IMG/VR virus record: IMGVR_UViG_3300025151_004231
Span: 1 to 64,000 of that record
Direction: 5' to 3' (one strand)
DNA: 64,000 bases
Source: a virus
In this document: piece after piece, positions 63,730 to 64,000 of the stretch
Position numbering within the stretch: position 1 is the stretch's first letter
Layout: every line of letters begins with the position of its first letter
The notes under the pieces: generated by a model
Seen by the model: only the letters and a program-made list of their open reading frames with translations
Databases searched by the model: none
Told to the model about the DNA's origin: nothing
Program-made: the position numbers and the translations under genes

Positions 63730-63983
63730 TATAAACCTAAAATACCTATCGCACTAGACAATCCTGCATTATGCAGTTCAATATAATCGTCTAAATCTTT
63801 TAAAATTCTTTGTGTATCATCAATACCTTGATCTGTCAATCGTTCTATAAGGCGCTCTCTGGAGATCTGAGGGTGTGTTCTTAAGATATCTTCAAATACA
63901 TCTGCTTTGTTTGAACTCTGACAGATAGATACAAGTCTATCTCTGGGTATAGTAGCAAATGACATTGTTTGTCCTATTGCCAT
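63729..63983 (-). CDS. hypothetical protein
   Basis: GAGG SD, ORF. Confidence 0.55.
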   Translation of the reverse strand: MAIGQTMSFATIPRDRLVSICQSSNKADVFEDILRTHPQISRERLIERLTDQGIDDTQRILKDLDDYIELHNAGLSSAIGILGL

Positions 63984-64000
63984 ATTAAAACCTCGGCCTG

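Noticed and set aside
1-64000. Bacterial chromosome origin (many housekeeping-like genes)
   Set aside because: Host-like genes are isolated from their usual operons and mixed with phage hypotheticals, T4-type late boxes, fibre genes, phage ligase and RNase H.
1-64000. Alternative genetic code or stop-codon reassignment
   Set aside because: Recognisable genes are full length under code 11, TAA, TAG and TGA all end genes, and no suppressor tRNA is seen.

Overview
This AT-rich, densely packed window is best read as part of a large (jumbo) T4-like myovirus genome, probably aquatic or marine, with a likely proteobacterial host. The basis is many short hypothetical ORFs, consensus sigma70 promoters plus T4-type late TAAATA promoters, a tRNA cluster, tail fibre/baseplate-like genes, an ATP-dependent DNA ligase and a T4-type RNase H. 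It carries an unusually rich set of host-like genes: a polyamine operon (DHS-like, ureohydrolase, AdoMetDC-like), translation genes (IF-1, bS21), proteostasis genes (ClpX, ClpP, ClpS, Hsp20 with a ROSE-like leader), iron-sulfur/redox genes (ErpA, IscU, FdxA, YggX, SOD, alternative oxidase), nucleotide salvage genes, four tandem 2OG-Fe(II) oxygenases, UvsE, QueE, a SET-domain protein and glycan enzymes. The most notable sequence-level patterns are: (1) at least six genes whose ATG sits exactly 5 nt after a late TAAATA box, suggesting leaderless late mRNAs in a phage that encodes IF-1 and bS21; (2) late enzymes with T4-like capsid-targeting and (I/L)xE cleavage motifs, suggesting virion-packaged polyproteins; (3) a non-canonical CCA-ending tRNA-like RNA inside the tRNA array; (4) several unannotated structured RNAs and a recurrent TTGGGTA operator-like motif. 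All calls come from motif recognition by eye; no database searches were run.
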